From Eledone cirrhosa (lineage: Eukaryota): 64,000 nucleotides of DNA. Location: NCBI GenBank assembly GCA_964016885.1, contig OZ024742.1:253146001-253210000 (forward strand), written 5' to 3'. The position numbers were made by a program, and so were the translations under genes. This document shows positions 59,414 through 64,000 of this stretch, piece after piece; within the stretch, counting starts at the first letter, position 1, and each line of letters begins with the position of its first letter. The notes beneath the pieces were generated by a model. That model made no database searches. It saw nothing but the letters and a program-made list of their open reading frames with translations, and had not been told where the DNA came from.

Positions 59414-60075
59414 GGGCAGTGGATTAGCAGTATCAATAGAACAACGGATAACATGTTTCACAGCAGAGTTATGGCCATTTACGTTCTGAGTTCAAATCCC
59501 GCCGAGGTTAATTTTGCCTTTCATCCTTACGGGGTCGATAAAATAAAGTACCATTAACGTACTGGGGTCGATTTAATCGACTTTCCCCTCCCCCAAAATT
59601 ACTGGCCTTGTACCTAGAGTAAAAATCATTATTATTATTATTAGCATCAGACAACATGCTTTATGGCAAAGAGTTACGGCCCTCTACGTTCTGAGATAAA
59701 ATCCTGCCAAAGTTAGCTTTGCCTTTCATCCTTACAAGGTCAAAAAAATAAAGTACCAGTAACACACTGGGGTTGATTTAATCAACTTTCCCTTCCCCAA
59801 AAATTTGTTAGCCTTGTGCCTAAATCAGAAATGATTATTATTATTATTAGGGTGATGAATTTGCAGTATTGGTAGAGTGTCAGACAACATGCTTTGTGGC
59901 AAATAGTTACATACCTTTAAGTACTGAGTTTAAATCCTACTGAGGCTAGCTTTACCTTTCATCATTACGCAGTTGATTAAATAAAGTACTGGTAATGCAC
60001 TGGGTTTGATCTAATTAATTTTTCCCTTCCCATCAAAATGCTGGTCTTGTGCTAAATCTAGGAAAAATTATTATT
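59414..60075 (+). mobile_element. Three head-to-tail SINE family A copies (longer subtype)
   Basis: Copies at ~59414, ~59645 and ~59849, separated by (att)n tails. Confidence 0.85.
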
Positions 60076-60649
60076 TTTATTGTTGTTGTTGCTTGAACTT
60101 CTGTTTTTGTTTTCTTACATCACAATTAATATAAAAGCTAAAAAGAAAATTCTTAAGCTTTATCATTTCTTCAGTCTAAGCTGTCATTGTCCTGCAGTAA
60201 AACATAAGATTTCAGCTCAAGGGAATGATAAAAGAATTCATCAAACAATATTAAAGAATTTAAATGTGTAGCTGGAAGTTTTATTTATATTTTGCATGTG
60301 AAACAAATGAAGTTTATCAAACACGATACTGAGAAGAAGTGGTCAAATATTCATTAGCCAGTAGTATAACGCAATCTAACAGTTGGGTAATTTGCTTGGC
60401 TGGGGAATTGTATAGAAAAAAAGTGAAGTACTAACAATTGAACAGAAAACACATCGAAAGAGGAGCCAGGAAACAAAAAATCAGCTATTAACTGCCAAGT
60501 TAAACATCAGAAACTGCAAGAGGAGGCACACGAAGTTGAGCATGGCATAGATTCATTATTGTAAAGCATACAATAACTATGGAAATGTAATGAGTAGCAG
60601 GAAACATGAGAAACTTTATTTGGGGCATTATAACTTCTCCTAACACCAG

Positions 60650-61900
60650 ATTCCCTGACAGCAGGGAATCTGGTGTTAGGAGAAGTGAAAATTAGGAACA
60701 GAATTTTCCATTGGTCTTTGTGCTGGGAATAATTCCATTGAGTGAAATATTGTGGTAGATAAAGTTGGGGGTATGATCTGGGAAAGATAAAGGAAAGCTC
60801 AATCACCTGTTATTTATAGATGATTTGAAGTTTTTCTCAGAATTAGACAATGAAGTCCATTCTGTGCAGATTTTCTCAAATAATATCAACCTGAGAACAC
60901 TTGAGGCAGATGATATAAACTGCACATAAGAAAGAGTATCTGTGATGCTTGAGAAAGATATTGGATTCAAAGCTGAATGCCGGAAAAATAATTTTGGCAT
61001 TAAACTTGCACACAGTTGTAATTGTGCGATATGGAACTGGCATTCTAAATTGGACAGAGGATGAGCTAAAGAAAGACAGGAAGACAAGAAAACTTCTAAC
61101 GATGCATGGGTCCATCATTCATGCACAGACATTGATCGTCTATACATGAAGAGAGCAAATGGAGGAAAGGGACTAATAAGTATAGAAAACTGTGTGCATA
61201 TTGAACATGGGCGCTTGCTGAGATATCTAACCCAAAGTGAAGAAATCTTGCCAGTAGTAGTAAGAGAAGAGAACATTGAAAGCAGGGAGAAATGAGAAAA
61301 GAAAGCAAGATATACAAAAAGGACATAAAGAAGCATTATGCAACAATGGGTTACTCAAGTAATTTTGTATGTTCACAATTGAAGTTGCTAGAGAACATAG
61401 GTAGGACTGCATGAATTAAGGATCACTTGAAAAGGACACTGAGAGTACTATACCTGCAGTACAAGATTAAGTTTGGCCATTAATTGGAGGGTCTGTCCTA
61501 GAAATGAGCAAATCTGTCAGTTGTGCCAAACATGTAATGCATTTCATGAAACTATTATTCATAATGTAAATGAAGGCCCAGATTTGCCCCAAACCAGTAT
61601 AAGTTTTGGCACAGACAAAGCAAATCATGAGAGTTTTGTAATTGATATTGTATGCCCATATGATTCATGGATAGTTAAGAAGAAAGGTGAGAAAGTTTAT
61701 GTGGAATATGAAAAATGTGAAGATAATACTGATTATTGTTGGAGCCTTGAGGACACTATCAAAAGATATTGAGAAGGACATAAATAAAATAGGATAGAAT
61801 AACCAGTAGAGTTATTGTAAAAAGTCTACCTCCTTGACACAGCTACAATTATCATGAAAGTACTACACAGCGGAAGAGAACATATAACATGGTATCGCAG
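60650..61900 (+). pseudogene. Decayed RLE-type non-LTR element (RT to RLE)
   Basis: NHLLFIDDLK; RKILDSKLNAGKIILALN..VIVRYGTGILNW..DRKTRKLLTMHG; IDRLYMKRANGGKGL; VIDIVCPYD. Confidence 0.85.
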
Positions 61901-62758
61901 GCTGCAGGTAACAAGCCCATTATTCATGCAAGAATCCAGGAGTTCCAGTAAAATCTGTTGCAAAAGATCAAATAGTAATAATATTCCTATAATAATAATC
62001 CAAATTGAAAACCAATCTCTAGAATGCTATGCAAAATGGATGGCAAGAAAAACCTCTATATGGCCAATACTCTAAAAATACTGAATAGGGGGAAGTGGAC
62101 AACCAAAATCACAAAACTTAATAATTTCTTTTATTTATCATTGTGGCTTTAGATGAAGAGGACATTACAAACACATGCTACAACATGAAGATAGAGCTTT
62201 ACATAGAAAGTGAGGTTTGTTAGAACAAGATAAAAGTATATACAGTATCCATATAAGGTATTCACTTCTGTACTTAGGATCACTTAAGGTACATTACAGA
62301 TCCACAATCACCCTGATCAAGTATTATTGGCCTCCTTAATTGTCACTTTTCAACCTACAAGCAATATTTTTCATGTACATTTATATTATATTTGATACAC
62401 ACACAGACAAACCATGTACATATACAATGTTAATACACCCAGACATACATACACACCACCTTGAACAGTGTATACACTACTCCAACAACACTTACACATA
62501 CAAAGAAGAATCAAATACAGCACACAGATTCCTTTTTTATGCTCTTCTAATCCATGAAACTCACCTTTCTGTTTTCTACTACTCCTGATGAAGGACTAAC
62601 GCCCGATATGTTAAAATTTCTTTTCTTCTGTTTCAAGCATGGAACTAATAAGACTATTGCTATTGTATCTCTATTTCTTTAATTATATATATACATAGTT
62701 TCAGAAGATCCTGTTAAGGGTGAAAGCAGCGATTCTTTGCTTAAACTTTAATCTGTTA

Positions 62759-62840
<82 letters not shown>

Positions 62841-62845
<5 letters not shown>

Positions 62846-63332
62846 ATATTCGAGGATGGTTATGTTGCCAATATTGTCAATAAAAGACACACATAGTATT
62901 TGATTTTCACTTCAGCTTTATCATTATTTATTAATTAGTTCATCAAAGTTCTTTTGTCACACATTTTGTGACCTCTTTAATGACTATTTGCTTTCCTCTG
63001 AGTTTCCTCTTCTTTTTGGTCTTATTTTGTTTACTCCATCTTGACTTTCTGTGGTGCATTTCATTGCACATGCGTTTGTAGTATCTGCACCTGTGTGTGT
63101 ATCTTTGTGTCTGTGGGTTTGTATCTCTATTTCTCTGTTTGTGTCTTCATATGTCTTTTTTCTCTTTCTAATGCATCCTATTCTGTCTTTAGTCATTAGG
63201 TAGTAGGCTTGAGGTGTTACTATTCAATTTGTGTTTACTGTTGAGACACTATTGGCAACATGGCTATCTCCAAATATAACAACATTTGTTTCAACATGAT
63301 TTTAAATACAAAATCTTGCAAAAACAAATATA
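62841..63332. mobile_element. Non-coding element with ~38-bp inverted repeats, relative of 31467-32615, in (TA)n
   Basis: ttgttatattcgaggatggttatgttgccaatattgtc (62841) versus gacactattggcaacatggctatctccaaatataacaa (~63245-63282); internal caaagttcttttgtcacacatt as at 31708. Confidence 0.75.
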
Positions 63333-63716
63333 TATAGATATATGGTGGCTGCCAACTCGTTTTTGAGTATGGCCACTACTTTAAATCCATGTAGGAGAAC
63401 CGCTACCAATGCGCTGAACAAGTGTGACTTTTTAGTATAGCCAGCAACTTGAAAACTCTGGTACAAACACTACACTTGTGACAATTATTGACACATAGTG
63501 CTGGGCCCATGGTACCATGTGATGACAAGTGCAGAGAGATCTCCAGATACAAAGCAATGCCTGTGCCGTGAAGCTTTTATAGTGAGCAAAGGCACTGCAC
63601 AAAGCCAGTCCCACTCTCTTAACCAAGATGATATTTACCAAAAAGAAGAACAAGTCAACATCATTGGATACCATCAGGGTTGCAGGTGTTATATCAGAGT
63701 TTTCCAGATATATACA

Positions 63717-63750
<34 letters not shown>

Positions 63751-64000
63751 CATACATATATATATATTTATATATATACTTATACTATATAATACTTTGT
63801 GTGTGTGTGTGTGTGTGTGTGTATGGGTATATATGTGAACATATGTATCAACGCGCCCCCCCCCCCGGGGGGGGGGGCAACCCTTTGATTAAAATTAAAT
63901 CTACTTATCCAAGTACCCTGGCCAATGTAGTTTCAGAATATATATGGTTATGAGGGGGGGGGGGGGGCGTCTATCTCCAACACCATAGGAGGAATTTGTA

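Noticed and set aside
63498-63700. Possible GIY-YIG C-terminal remnant (KQCLCREAFIVSK..SLNQDD)
   Set aside because: Too short and degenerate to support; the rest of the ORF is microsatellite.
63855-63878. Poly-C/poly-G palindrome
   Set aside because: Homopolymer runs with no supporting context; may be sequencing-length artefacts.

Overview
Eukaryotic, AT-rich, microsatellite-dense DNA made almost entirely of transposable elements. The SINE families and (TA)n/(ATT)n/(CAT)n tracts suggest a cephalopod, probably Octopus; this is inferred from repeat style only. No host protein-coding gene could be supported. Retroelements: R4/Dong-like RLE elements; several RTE-clade LINEs, one with an intact 996-aa APE-RT ORF and another family with a PHD finger inside the RT ORF; an L1/Tx1 LINE joined at its truncated 5' end to an 18S rRNA fragment; Penelope-like elements (two Naiad-type, one other); and two tRNA-derived SINE families, one sharing its 3' tail with an RTE LINE. 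DNA transposons: a complete but decayed Chapaev3 element with TTA TSD, plus Tc1/mariner and piggyBac-like MITEs. The most notable hidden layer is a set of type I hammerhead ribozymes (HHRs) found by eye. They include an exact 310-bp tandem dimer with one HHR per unit (retrozyme-like, predicting a 310-nt circular RNA), homologous dispersed monomers with covarying stems, and several HHRs with the compensated U3-A8 core (UUGANAA) instead of CUGANGA. A more speculative signal is a series of decayed minus-strand coding pieces (7.8-12.8 kb) whose motif order resembles a bunyavirus-like L polymerase. All alignments and folds were done by eye, and element boundaries are approximate.
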